Source: an uncultured Myxococcales bacterium
Lineage (GTDB): Bacteria; Myxococcota_A; Bradymonadia; UBA4248
Direction of reading: 5' to 3'
NCBI GenBank assembly: GCA_946415045.1
Contig: CAMKRB010000001.1
Coordinates: 1-38,967, forward strand
Length of the DNA stretch: 38,967 bases
The position numbers were made by a program, and so were the translations under genes. This document shows positions 25,901-34,212 of the stretch, piece after piece (within the stretch, counting starts at the first letter, position 1; each line of letters starts with the position of its first letter). A model generated the notes under the pieces. It did no database searches, was not told the origin of the DNA, and saw only the letters and a list, made by a program, of their open reading frames with translations.

Positions 25901-26397
25901 ATTTCGTCACGCGATTCGCGGGCGGTTTTCTCATCGGCTGCTTTCTTGTTCATCAGGTCTGTTGCCTTGGCCGAATTGCCGGCATCGTTGGCTTCGTTGG
26001 CCTGGGCAAGGTATTCGTAGCTGCGCAGCTCATAGAAACGGGCTTTCTGCCAGAGCATGTCGCCCATACGTTCCATCAGTTCCGGCTTGGCAGGATCGTC
26101 ATCATCCGTCTGTTTGATACGCATCTGCAGTTTCTTGATGGCCTGCTGCTGCAGTTCAATCTTTTCGGCGGCAGCGGCTGCGGCTGCCATTTCGTCCGTT
26201 TCGAACGACACCTTCGGACCTGCGCCTTCTTCCTGTTCGATCGTCTTTCGTTCAGTCTTTTTGGGCTCTTTCGCACCCTTCAACTGGGCCTGCTGTTTTT
26301 GTTCGAATTCGACATTCTGTGCGACTGCAACACTTGACGACACTGCAAATGCCGCAATCATCGAGCCGATCACCAAGCGGAAAAATCCTTTGTTCAT
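22936..26397 (-). CDS. Large secreted TPR-repeat protein
   Basis: The ORF was trimmed to the ATG at 26397 (MNKGFFRLVIGSMIAAFAVSSSVAVAQ, a signal peptide; RBS GGAGAG), giving 1153 aa. TPR-like repeats run throughout (e.g. AxxYYxxGxxYxxxxxYxxA). Confidence 0.8.
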   Translation of the reverse strand: MNKGFFRLVIGSMIAAFAVSSSVAVAQNVEFEQKQQAQLKGAKEPKKTERKTIEQEEGAGPKVSFETDEMAAAAAAAEKIELQQQAIKKLQMRIKQTDDDDPAKPELMERMGDMLWQKARFYELRSYEYLAQANEANDAGNSAKATDLMNKKAADEKTARESRDEMLKLYREIIKYHQDYPQLDKIRYYMAFNLAEMGYAGEAYEQYSGIVREHSNSKYLPEAFLGMAEYTFAIEEDMPNALQQYQKVVSIDPSSSAASYAMYKMGWCYFNLGQPKKALAQFESVIREADKSNSARKSNMRKEAVKDLVKAYSMWDDAKPANARKYFKGFAKDDEEVNTMMERLARFYQENGRIDDSNYVYNQLIAANPKKFKIVSYQHEIMLNVETLSDPTRLAEEIDRTVKLFVLARDSKYEGATPEAVKKENDSLETYVSDTAKWYHMTYQNTKNPLYYSLAFEIYKTYLENFPNADDNFEVMYYYADMAYFRQNYAEAAKGYERVLDLNDKGKVPKTEDNDKILKDAAHGAVLAYDQLMGESNTNKEACPDIPKTPEAKDGEVQEYPEYPIAECRLKFIEASKRYAKVDTSAEFAVNSKYKAALIYYDYNHFDDAVPLFREVVRDAPGTDAAVYSANYILEIYKLRQQFSDMAVAINEFKGNGAFMANNTEHAGELREVMSVYEEALDYKFCEEKEAKKDWEEAARCFENYAETHKGSEDAAKARWNASVDWERGTNIARAIEARVALLRNGENDPHTAALAPRALYAIGLNYHSLAVYSEAARFYEMFVKQYPSDKEACLPVGVTPAKNADPCAKTALQNAAAFRAGLGEYEKAVENYDLYAKMFPKDKAEMSALKFATGRIYYDQKTYDKAMDRFNDFLKNYAKFGTADRQIAAYTYIGKIYTQRRNTKEALKNFEKAEAIFNDKGTQKWLAGADAASSALARDSAAEARFMRGEVLFREALDIKLSDPNVKASQINKFLQTQLVKKSEKMQEAAPIYNDVITKYNSPKWGLAAMTRLGMMYNDVGQQITNAPAPPGLPEEVLIEYELQLVDFANQFEDQAVNYYAVAVKRAAETGFFSQYTTEAQKRLFDLRPDQYRSAAEIKATPNQMVSTYQSGALFTDLDMLRGKTVKEHRTHVDEGAVSEEDAAKAAGEKAE

Positions 26398-26527
26398 TCC
26401 CTGTCTCTCCAGTATTGATAATGCATGCACCGCAAAAACGGCGGCCATGGATTCGTATAGATACGCCAAAGCCCATAAATGATACCATGCTTTCTGCAAA
26501 TTGGCAACGCATGTAATATTTTGTTCC

Positions 26528-26636
26528 GGCGCTATGCTCTGCATACGCGCCGGCGCGGCGCTATTTCCCTGCGGTCAATACGCGCCGCGTATGCAATAGC
26601 GGCGCGCTGACGCGCGTATTGCTCCGCAATAGCGCG
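26528..26636. repeat. Cluster of REP-like TAT...ATA / ATA...TAT mini-palindromes between the PCP and TPR genes
   Basis: The units are TATGC-tct-GCATA (26533-26545), ATACGC-gcc-GCGTAT (26578-26592) and TATTGC-tcc-GCAATA (26617-26631, flanked by GCGCG on both sides). TATTTCCCTGCGGTCAATA is the reverse-complement relative of the unit at 12731-12747. Confidence 0.65.
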
Positions 26637-26685
26637 GCCACAAAAAGCAAAACAAACGATGGATGCACCAAATACTGTGACTGCG

Positions 26686-28833
26686 CTAATCGTCGCTGTA
26701 GGATTTTTTGTAGTAGTAGTAACCGCCGTAATATCCGCCGGACCGGGACGTCACGCCATTGAGCACGCATCCCATAATCGGCGCGCTGACGCCTTCGAGC
26801 AGTTCGCGGGCGCGGACCAGCATGGGCAGCGGCGTTTTGTCGGCTCGGGCAACCAGAATCACGCCGTGGACGTGGCGCGAAATAATGAGTGCGTCGGTCA
26901 CCACGGTCACCGGCGGTGAATCGATGATGACGACGTCGAACATCGACCGCAGCTCGTTCAACATTTCCTCGAAACGTTTGGTTTCGAAGAGTTCGGCTGG
27001 ATTGGACGGAATCGATCCGCACGGCAGCAGCTTGAGCTGTTCGATTTCGGTATCCATCAGCGCCTCCGATACCGGCATCTGGTTGGCTATCACTGAGCTC
27101 AGACCTTTTTCGGATTTCAGGTTCAATGCCTCATAAATCCTGGGTCTGCGCATATCCGCCTCGATGAGGACGACGCGCTGGCCGCCCATGGCGGTCGCCA
27201 CGGCGAGGTTGATCGAGGTCATGGTTTTGCCTTCGAGAGGCTGGGCAGAGGTGATGAGCAGGACGTGTGAAGTGCCCGATTTGAGCTGGAAAGCGAGCGT
27301 TGTGCGCAGCGTCCGGATGCTCTCGACGACAGGCGAACGGGGATTCTCAAGCACAAACCGGTGGGCGCCGCGGCCTGAATAATTGCGGCTCCGGGGAATT
27401 TGGGGCACCGCGCCCAAAAACGGCAGACGGGCTCGCTCCTCGATATCGCTCTGAGTGCGCACGGATATATCCAACAGCTCGAGCAACAGGACAATCAGCA
27501 CTCCGGCTATCAGCGCGGCAAAAAGCGTGATCGCGCCGTTCAGAATCAGATTCGGGCTCACAGGTTTTTGCGGCGCAATTGCCATGTCCAGAATCCGGAT
27601 GTTGTTGACCTCGAGCAGCCGGTTCAGGCTCACCTCGTTCAGCTTCTTCTGCGACTGCTCAAACAGGCGTTCCTGCTCCTGTTTCTGGGATTCGACCTGT
27701 TCGTACAAGAGCCGAAGCTGGTCCAGTTCAAGGGCTTCCTTCTGAAGCGTCTGTATTTCGGACACGATTTCCTGGTTGAGCTTGATCAGCGCCTGATGTT
27801 TCGAGTTTAACCCCGTGACTGCATTCTTCATGCTCGCCAGCACGCCGTTGCGGCAGGTCGTGATCTGGTCGCGGATCGACGTCACCTGCGGCGATTTCTC
27901 AAGATAGGTCACCAGGAGCTTGTGTTCCTCGCGCTGCAGCGTTTTGCATTCGTTCATCGCGCTTTCGAATGAGGATGAACCGATCAGGATATCGTAGGCG
28001 CGGACATTATCGGTCGAGACCGGAATCGCCTTGAGCTCCGACAGAAGATAGCCGGCATTCTGGCGCTCTGTTTCGATTTCGACGCGTTTGTTGTTCAGGT
28101 AGTCCAGGCGCTGATTGGTAATCTTCTGCTGTTCCAGGGGATTGGAGTACAGAATCTTGTGATTCTCCTTGAACGCATTGATATCCTCGCGGGCGCGCGT
28201 GAGTTTTTCTTCGTTGTCTTTGTACTGTTTGTCGATGAACTCGAATGTGTTGTTCAGCGATGTGAGGCGTTGCTCGGCATTCTGTTCGGAATAGGCCTTG
28301 GCGATGGCGTTGGCCAGGGTTGCGGCCATCTGCGGATTCTTGTGACGGATGCGGATATTGACGAGCCGCGTGCCGTTCAGGGCTTCGACGCGAAGCATGC
28401 CAAGCAGCGCGGAAACTGCGTCAACCGAGGCCATCTTTTTGGCCAGGATATTGGGATCCTTGATTTCCGTGAGTCCCAGAAAGTCGATGTCGGTGGCCAG
28501 CCCGAGGTCGTCAATGACGCGCTGGGCGACGTTGCGCGACTGCATCACCTTGAGCTGCGTGTCGTAATAGGTGTCGCGGAAATACCACTGTTCCGCACCG
28601 TTTCCCGAATCGAGCGCATTGATCGTCGGGGGCTCGGGATTGATGATGACTGCGGTGACGGCTTCGTAAATCTTTGGCTGGTGCAGGGTGTACAATGCGC
28701 CCAGACAGCCTACGATGACAAAGGCAAATACAAACCCCCACCGACGGTGCAGAATGATATCGAGGTATTCGCGCATCGGAAAAATGGATGTGGAAGACTC
28801 GGCTGCTTCATGACTTGAGGGTGCATTAGCCAT
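26686..28833 (-). CDS. Polysaccharide co-polymerase / bacterial tyrosine autokinase (Wzc/GumC-like PCP-2a)
   Basis: 715 aa with two TM segments flanking a long coiled-coil periplasmic domain. The cytoplasmic P-loop kinase has Walker A SAQPLEGKT, Walker A' VVLIEADMRRP and Walker B VVIIDSPP. The C-terminal tyrosine cluster is GGYYGGYYYYKKSY. Confidence 0.88.
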   Translation of the reverse strand: MANAPSSHEAAESSTSIFPMREYLDIILHRRWGFVFAFVIVGCLGALYTLHQPKIYEAVTAVIINPEPPTINALDSGNGAEQWYFRDTYYDTQLKVMQSRNVAQRVIDDLGLATDIDFLGLTEIKDPNILAKKMASVDAVSALLGMLRVEALNGTRLVNIRIRHKNPQMAATLANAIAKAYSEQNAEQRLTSLNNTFEFIDKQYKDNEEKLTRAREDINAFKENHKILYSNPLEQQKITNQRLDYLNNKRVEIETERQNAGYLLSELKAIPVSTDNVRAYDILIGSSSFESAMNECKTLQREEHKLLVTYLEKSPQVTSIRDQITTCRNGVLASMKNAVTGLNSKHQALIKLNQEIVSEIQTLQKEALELDQLRLLYEQVESQKQEQERLFEQSQKKLNEVSLNRLLEVNNIRILDMAIAPQKPVSPNLILNGAITLFAALIAGVLIVLLLELLDISVRTQSDIEERARLPFLGAVPQIPRSRNYSGRGAHRFVLENPRSPVVESIRTLRTTLAFQLKSGTSHVLLITSAQPLEGKTMTSINLAVATAMGGQRVVLIEADMRRPRIYEALNLKSEKGLSSVIANQMPVSEALMDTEIEQLKLLPCGSIPSNPAELFETKRFEEMLNELRSMFDVVIIDSPPVTVVTDALIISRHVHGVILVARADKTPLPMLVRARELLEGVSAPIMGCVLNGVTSRSGGYYGGYYYYKKSYSDD

Positions 28834-28855
28834 AACAATTCATCAAATAGTGAAA

Positions 28856-29488
28856 TCAAAACATGGATTGCGGAACGTAGACCAGATCGGCGGGATGCAT
28901 GCAGACATTGGTTTCTTTGCCGAGCAGAATATCCTGATAGGGCACTGTGACGGATTCGGACTGGTTATCGTGCTTGCGGACGATGACGACGCCATTGATT
29001 TCGGCGCGCTGCGTTGGGCCGCCGGATTGCGCGATCACGTCGGTCAGCATCAGACCCGGACGGAATTCGACGATGCCGGGTTTCTGCACCTGGCCATCCA
29101 CGGTGACTGCGGTTTTCGACACTTCCTTATTGATGCAGACGACCGACGGGTCGCGCAGGTAAGCTTCCTGAAGCCCCTCGCGGACGATGATTTCCAAATC
29201 ATCGCAGCGTTTGCCCTCGACCTCCAGCTCTCCCAATATCGGGAACGATATGGTGCCTCGCGGTGATACTTCATATTCGCCGCTTAAATCGGGCTGTCCG
29301 AACACGCGGATTTCGATGCGATCCCACGGCCTGAACTGACCAAGTTCCTCACTCGTCGGACAGGTGCTCAGGCGCGACTGCCAGTCGCTGGATACCGTGG
29401 TCGCACAACCGCTGCAACACAGCGACATCCATAACAATGCCTGTGCAAAACGCCGTAACAGATGACCGTCTGAGATATCCCGCGCCAT
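28856..29488 (-). CDS. Short outer-membrane polysaccharide export (OPX, Wza-like) lipoprotein lacking the C-terminal OM-spanning region
   Basis: 210 aa. The lipobox is SLCCSGC. It has a Poly_export-like segment (GEYEVSPRGTISFPILGELEV) and one SLBB-like segment (VTVDGQVQKPGIVEF). This is far shorter than classical Wza (about 380 aa). Confidence 0.8.
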   Translation of the reverse strand: MARDISDGHLLRRFAQALLWMSLCCSGCATTVSSDWQSRLSTCPTSEELGQFRPWDRIEIRVFGQPDLSGEYEVSPRGTISFPILGELEVEGKRCDDLEIIVREGLQEAYLRDPSVVCINKEVSKTAVTVDGQVQKPGIVEFRPGLMLTDVIAQSGGPTQRAEINGVVIVRKHDNQSESVTVPYQDILLGKETNVCMHPADLVYVPQSMF

Positions 29489-29492
29489 AATC

Positions 29493-30707
29493 TTAATACT
29501 CGTACGTCAGGTTGAGCGTGACCAGATGGCGGGTATAGCCTGCCAAATCGACATCCGAGTTGTTGTAGCGCAGACGGTACTCCGCACCCAGGCTCAGACC
29601 GGGAAAGAAATAGTAGGCGATATTGGCCTGCGCTGTGAAATGATCATCGACGCGGGCTTCGCCTGCGAGCGCGTGGTAATCGAAGTGACCATAACCGAGT
29701 TCCAGCTTGGTTTCGAGATGATTGATCCAGAACCCATAGAACTTGGCTGTCACGCGGTGATATTTTTGATAGTCGCCATAGATGGCGTTATCGAAATCCT
29801 TTTTGTATTCGGCTGAAATGCTGATTTTATCGGTGAACTCGTATTTGAGTTTGGCGTCCATCACGAACATGTGTTCGGAATTATCGTTGGTGTAATACGC
29901 GAACGCATAGCCGGCTCCCAGACGATACGACAGTCTGGGCGTTAAAAGTCCCTGCAGGCTGTATTTGATGCGGAATGGCAGGGATGTGCTGTTTTCGGAC
30001 GTCGTCGGATCATTCCTGTCGCTGTTCTTGCGTTCATCTTCCAGATAGGTGACCGGCGTAAAGTCGATATTCAGCGACATGCTCGTATTGGGCAGGAAAT
30101 TCCAGCGCGTCACGGATTCGAGACGATGCTTGAAGTAAGTGATATCGCTGCGATCCTGATAGATGTGTGCGTGAAAGTTGTAGGCGATGCGCTCGGAAAA
30201 AATGGCACCTGCACCGGGCTGGATATAGAACGCTGCGCCGGCATTGATGCTGTGATTGACGTAATCCTGGCGCAGATATTCGTCTTCGGGTTCGTTGGTA
30301 AATGTATACGACAACGTCGGCGCGACCCGGAAAAAACGCGTCTTGAACAGATCTGCTGCACTGATGACGTGAACGTTTGCGCCGCCGTCGGGATTGCTGT
30401 CGCCAATGCCCCAGAACTGACGCCACTGAAACTTCACCTCATTATTCCAGACGTACTCCGATTCATCTTCCAGATGCGTCTTGACGTATGCACCGGCATC
30501 TATCAGGCCATCGCTCTTATCGGATATCGTGCTGTCATTCACATCTGCCGCGATATCCAGCGTTGCACCCGGATGAACCACAAAGCCACCCGAATGAATG
30601 CCGTTTGGTTCGGGCGCACCGCTCTCAGCGAGCGCCTGCTGGCCACCACTTATGGAAAGCAATAGGCAGACCAGCGGCATTCCTATCTGTAAAACTCTCT
30701 TCAACAT
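29493..30707 (-). CDS. Outer-membrane beta-barrel protein of the polysaccharide export module
   Basis: The ATG at 30707 gives a signal peptide (MLKRVLQIGMPLVCLLLS...ALA); the raw ORF begins at a GTG at 30746. It shows an alternating aromatic/polar beta-strand pattern and a C-terminal LNLTYEY with a terminal aromatic residue. The stop lies 4 nt before the OPX start. Confidence 0.7.
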   Translation of the reverse strand: MLKRVLQIGMPLVCLLLSISGGQQALAESGAPEPNGIHSGGFVVHPGATLDIAADVNDSTISDKSDGLIDAGAYVKTHLEDESEYVWNNEVKFQWRQFWGIGDSNPDGGANVHVISAADLFKTRFFRVAPTLSYTFTNEPEDEYLRQDYVNHSINAGAAFYIQPGAGAIFSERIAYNFHAHIYQDRSDITYFKHRLESVTRWNFLPNTSMSLNIDFTPVTYLEDERKNSDRNDPTTSENSTSLPFRIKYSLQGLLTPRLSYRLGAGYAFAYYTNDNSEHMFVMDAKLKYEFTDKISISAEYKKDFDNAIYGDYQKYHRVTAKFYGFWINHLETKLELGYGHFDYHALAGEARVDDHFTAQANIAYYFFPGLSLGAEYRLRYNNSDVDLAGYTRHLVTLNLTYEY

Positions 30708-30771
30708 ATTTCTATCTGGCGCAGCAATACGCCATTCCCTAATCACCCAATAATCTTGTCAATCATCTGCT

Positions 30772-31347
30772 CTACATGTAGGGAGATGCATCCGCCACAA
30801 ACGGATCGGTCAGCTTGTGCTGTTCATCTTCCAGCGGGTTTTCGGGATCATAATACTTTTCACCACCCAGGCACGGCTCGATCTTGCAATAACGCGTCGT
30901 CTCAGAATGGGTGCCGGTGATGTTGCCGACTTTGCCATTGCTGCATTCGGACATGCGAGCGGATATCGTTTCGGTCTTCGACACCGCCAGCTGGACCAGA
31001 CGATAATGATGCTCCTGCGCGGCTTTGTCGTTGCGGTTTACGGCATCCCGCAGATTCGATTCGCCATTCTGCACAACGTTGTAAAATCCACGCGCATTCA
31101 CCAGCTGCGCATTCAGACAATCCATGCGCATCACATCCGATTCCTTGCGCGCTTCTTCGAGCATCGTCTGGCCTTTGGATATCACCTGTTCTACCTTCCC
31201 TACGCCAATCGTTGCTGCATTCAGCATCTCGCCCGAGGTCATCGTCTCTGCAAGCTGCGCTGACGCGACTTCTGCCGCATCCTGTGCATAGGCCGGAAAG
31301 ACCATCATCATGCCCGCTACCATTAATGCTGCATTCAGTTTTCTCAT
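30772..31347 (-). CDS. Secreted hypothetical protein with four Cys residues
   Basis: The ATG at 31347 has an AAGGAG RBS 7 nt upstream; the raw ORF starts at a TTG at 31353. The signal peptide is MRKLNAALMVAGMMMVFPAYA. No family was recognised. Confidence 0.7.
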   Translation of the reverse strand: MRKLNAALMVAGMMMVFPAYAQDAAEVASAQLAETMTSGEMLNAATIGVGKVEQVISKGQTMLEEARKESDVMRMDCLNAQLVNARGFYNVVQNGESNLRDAVNRNDKAAQEHHYRLVQLAVSKTETISARMSECSNGKVGNITGTHSETTRYCKIEPCLGGEKYYDPENPLEDEQHKLTDPFVADASPYM

Positions 31348-31506
31348 ATCCAATCTCCTTTTTTATTCTTCCATCACTCACTTGAATTTCCATCTGCGCA
31401 GACATACGCATTTTACTAATAGTATTTTCTGCAACACACTTCAAGTATCAACGGCAACGCTTGCTCATAAATTCCCCGCTACATAGAGCAACTTCATTCA
31501 ATAAAA

Positions 31507-31522
31507 TGAAATATGCGTGCCA
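31507..31522 (-). promoter_or_regulatory. Candidate sigma54 (-24/-12) promoter for the export operon
   Basis: The minus strand reads TTGGCACGCATATTTCA against the consensus TGGCACG-N4-TTGC. The -24 element is perfect and the -12 element is TTTC, one mismatch. It lies about 155 nt upstream of the ATG at 31347 and 17 nt downstream of the preceding stop. A sigma54 activator gene lies 600 bp upstream. Confidence 0.5.
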
Positions 31523-31538
31523 ACCGAATTTAAAACAA

Positions 31539-32099
31539 TCACTTCGATGGACACACCCCCATAAACTGCAGCGTCCATTCGACCCATACTGCACGATTCT
31601 TGTCGGTCGTCTCAAACGGCTGGCTAAAATCCATCGATGAAAACAGCTGGTTTTGATGGGAAAATGGCGCATCCGATATCAGCACATAAAAATTGATCAT
31701 CTTCCCCTCGGCTATCGCTCCGGGATAGCTTTGGGCAAACTGGCATGCAGGGAAATTATAACTGATTTTGTCGCGGGCATCGGGCTGCTTGATCTTGGGC
31801 GCAATCGCATACACGGGATTATTCGTCTCACCCGCCAGACGCATGTCGATGACCTCGCGGTGATACAGTTCCTGTTCGGCATTGTCATCCCCGTATTTGG
31901 ATATCACAAACTCCTGGTTGCCACCCAGCGACAGGTTGATATTCACGAGTCCCATACTCGGATTCACGCCCGAGAGCACGTCGATGTACGGCATCTTGTC
32001 TTCGGGTTCCGGCTCCTCGTCGATGGGCGCAAGATAGACACACCCCGACATCCAGATGCCAAACCCCAACCATGCTGTCCAGACGTTCCTGATGCTCAT
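31539..32099 (-). CDS. Hypothetical lipoprotein
   Basis: 186 aa. The signal and lipobox read GFGIWMSGC. It starts 11 nt after the activator gene stop. No family was recognised. Confidence 0.65.
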   Translation of the reverse strand: MSIRNVWTAWLGFGIWMSGCVYLAPIDEEPEPEDKMPYIDVLSGVNPSMGLVNINLSLGGNQEFVISKYGDDNAEQELYHREVIDMRLAGETNNPVYAIAPKIKQPDARDKISYNFPACQFAQSYPGAIAEGKMINFYVLISDAPFSHQNQLFSSMDFSQPFETTDKNRAVWVEWTLQFMGVCPSK

Positions 32100-32109
32100 T
32101 TTCGATGCT

Positions 32110-33894
32110 CTATTTCTCGTTCAGCTTTTCGAGATGTCTGAAAATGGTGCGCGGATCGACACCCAGATCCCGGGCTGTCTTCGATCGGTTCCCATTATTC
32201 AGTTCCAACACTTCGTTGATGTAACGGCGCTGGAAATCTTCCTTGGCCTCGGCAAGCGACATCACCGATTTGAGCACCTCGGGAATCAAATCCAGATCCG
32301 CCGGCTGAATCTGCGGTTTCGCAGATAATATCAGGGCCTTTTTGATTCGGTTTTCAAGCTGCCTCACATTTCCTGGCCAATGGTATTTGCGGATCGCCAA
32401 AACTGCTTCCTGTGACAGCGGTTTGGCAGGCATGTTGAATTCTTTTGCGTACTTTTCGATAAGCCCGCGCGCGATCAGTATCACGTCATCCCCGCGTTCA
32501 CGAAGCGGCGGCAGCCTCAGCGTTATCACGTTCAGACGATAATACAAATCCTCCCTGAACCGTCCCTCCGCGATTTCCTGCTCGAGATCCTTGTTCGTCG
32601 CTGCAACGATGCGGATGTCTACTGGCTCGACCGTATTGCTGCCGACTTTCACGACGTATCGTTCCTGTAATACGCGCAGAATCTTTACCTGCAAATCCAT
32701 CGGCATTTCGCCGACTTCGTCCAGAAACAGCGTGCCGCCATTGGCCTGCTGAAACTTGCCGCTCTTTGTCTGAACCGCACCCGTAAATGCGCCGCGCACG
32801 TGACCAAACAGCTCGCTTTCCAGCAGATTCTCGGGTATCGCCCCGCAGTTGATCGCCACAAACGGACCTTTCGCTCGATTCGATTCGCGATGCAGTTCCT
32901 GCGCAATCAGCTCTTTTCCCGTCCCCGTCTCGCCCTGCACCAGCACCGTCACATCCGTCGCCGCTACCTTGCGAACCGTATTGAATACCTCTCGCATCGG
33001 AAGACATTCACCGATGATATTTCCAAACTTCAGATCCTCGATTTTGCGCGACAAAGACTCGTTTTCGAACGTCAAATCATCCACCAGCATCGCGTTGGCA
33101 AGAATGAGCGAAATCTGCGATGCAAACACGCGCAGCGCCTCCAGATGCTGCGGCTTGAACTGGCTCACGATGTTGTCGTTGCCCACATAAATCAGTCCGA
33201 TAATCGCCCCGCGATCCAGCAGCGGCAGACACATCACACTGCAAAAACGCATGTCGATCACGCTCTGAGACGTATTGAACTGCGTGTCGTTCAGCGCATC
33301 CCGGATGATTAGCGGTTTCTTGGTTTCGATCACTCGCTGCACTATCGAGTCCGAAAACAGGTTGTCATCTATCGATTCCTGGTTGTAGTTGCGCGACACC
33401 TGGCTTTGAATCCGCCCGTCACGAATCAGCAGCAAAAATCCTTTGTCCGCATTGACCAGCCCAATCACGTCGTCCATCACATGCGTCAGTATCGAGTGGA
33501 CACTGTATTCCTGCGACAAATCTTCGGCCAGATGCTGGAGCTTCTCGAAAACTGCTTCAAGTCCCGTTTCCGGTGCGGCTGCCTGTTCTTTGCCACGCGT
33601 CGTGTCGTACAGCGAAAAACGCGCATCCAGCGGCCCAATCTTCAGACTGTCCATGTGCGTAAATGCCGTTTTCTTCTTCACGCGCTTGCCGTTGATGCAA
33701 ATCTCCGCATGACGCGACGTCGGCTCGATTTCAAAACCGTCGTTCTCGAGGTAAATGATCGCATGCGTCGGTTCAATTCCCGCACCACTGCATACAATGT
33801 CGTTGTCGTCTGACGATCCGATGGTCGTCATTTTCTTGTAAATCTCGTGCGTTCTCGATTCTGTGACGAGATGATCAATTGAAAGAAATGGCAT
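32110..33894 (-). CDS. Sigma54-dependent transcriptional activator with FHA, GAF, AAA+ and Fis-type HTH domains
   Basis: The ATG at 33894 was chosen; the raw ORF begins at a TTG at 33900. The N-terminal FHA-like region reads TIGSSDDNDIV...INGKRV. The AAA+ domain has Walker A GETGTGKE, the GAFTGA loop (GHVRGAFTGA), ESELFGH and Walker B LFLDEVGEM. The C-terminal HTH is NRSKTARDLGVDPRTIFRHL. Confidence 0.9.
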   Translation of the reverse strand: MPFLSIDHLVTESRTHEIYKKMTTIGSSDDNDIVCSGAGIEPTHAIIYLENDGFEIEPTSRHAEICINGKRVKKKTAFTHMDSLKIGPLDARFSLYDTTRGKEQAAAPETGLEAVFEKLQHLAEDLSQEYSVHSILTHVMDDVIGLVNADKGFLLLIRDGRIQSQVSRNYNQESIDDNLFSDSIVQRVIETKKPLIIRDALNDTQFNTSQSVIDMRFCSVMCLPLLDRGAIIGLIYVGNDNIVSQFKPQHLEALRVFASQISLILANAMLVDDLTFENESLSRKIEDLKFGNIIGECLPMREVFNTVRKVAATDVTVLVQGETGTGKELIAQELHRESNRAKGPFVAINCGAIPENLLESELFGHVRGAFTGAVQTKSGKFQQANGGTLFLDEVGEMPMDLQVKILRVLQERYVVKVGSNTVEPVDIRIVAATNKDLEQEIAEGRFREDLYYRLNVITLRLPPLRERGDDVILIARGLIEKYAKEFNMPAKPLSQEAVLAIRKYHWPGNVRQLENRIKKALILSAKPQIQPADLDLIPEVLKSVMSLAEAKEDFQRRYINEVLELNNGNRSKTARDLGVDPRTIFRHLEKLNEK

Positions 33895-33983
33895 TGTCAA
33901 TCATTCCTTGCTGCTGCAACACGTTACATGCCGCATACTCACTGCATTTCAGCCACATGCTGTGTCTGATTGTTTTTGTCTGG

Positions 33984-34061
33984 GAGGGGGAAGTCTCCCC
34001 CTGCGCGTCTATGTGCTCGCCCGCATGCTGCGGGCTGCGCGCATACGACGCTACCCCCTCG
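33984..34061. repeat. 78-nt structured intergenic element, copy 2 (paralog of 21301-21368)
   Basis: The sequence reads GAGGGGGAAGTCTCCCCCTGCGC, then the TAT...ATA hairpin TATGTGCTCGCCCGC-atgct-GCGGGCTGCGCGCATA, then ACCCCCTCG. The central arms are shared with 10359-10416. Confidence 0.7.
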
Positions 34062-34083
34062 AAATGCAGACCATAGCAGATAC

Positions 34084-34108
34084 GCCTAAAAATATCATAT
34101 TTTTAGGC
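34084..34108. promoter_or_regulatory. Perfect 25-nt AT-rich palindrome GCCTAAAAATAT-C-ATATTTTTAGGC
   Basis: It has 12-nt perfect arms around a single central base. It lies about 190 nt upstream of the activator gene start and about 105 nt downstream of the UDG-like gene stop. Confidence 0.45.
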
Positions 34109-34212
34109 TCTGTAAAATTTCCACTCGCACCGGACACAGGGCTGCCGCTTTTATATCTGGATTACAGATTGCTTATTCTATGCAGACTCGCCAAAATAGC
34201 TCGGAACACCGC

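Noticed and set aside
26398-26544. A 49-codon N-terminal extension of the large TPR ORF.
   Set aside because: The internal ATG at 26397 has a GGAGAG RBS and yields a clean signal peptide. The extension has neither.
31393-31402. The 10-nt palindrome TCTGCGCAGA in the leader of the export operon.
   Set aside because: It is short enough to occur by chance. It lies downstream of the candidate sigma54 promoter, whereas activator sites are expected upstream.
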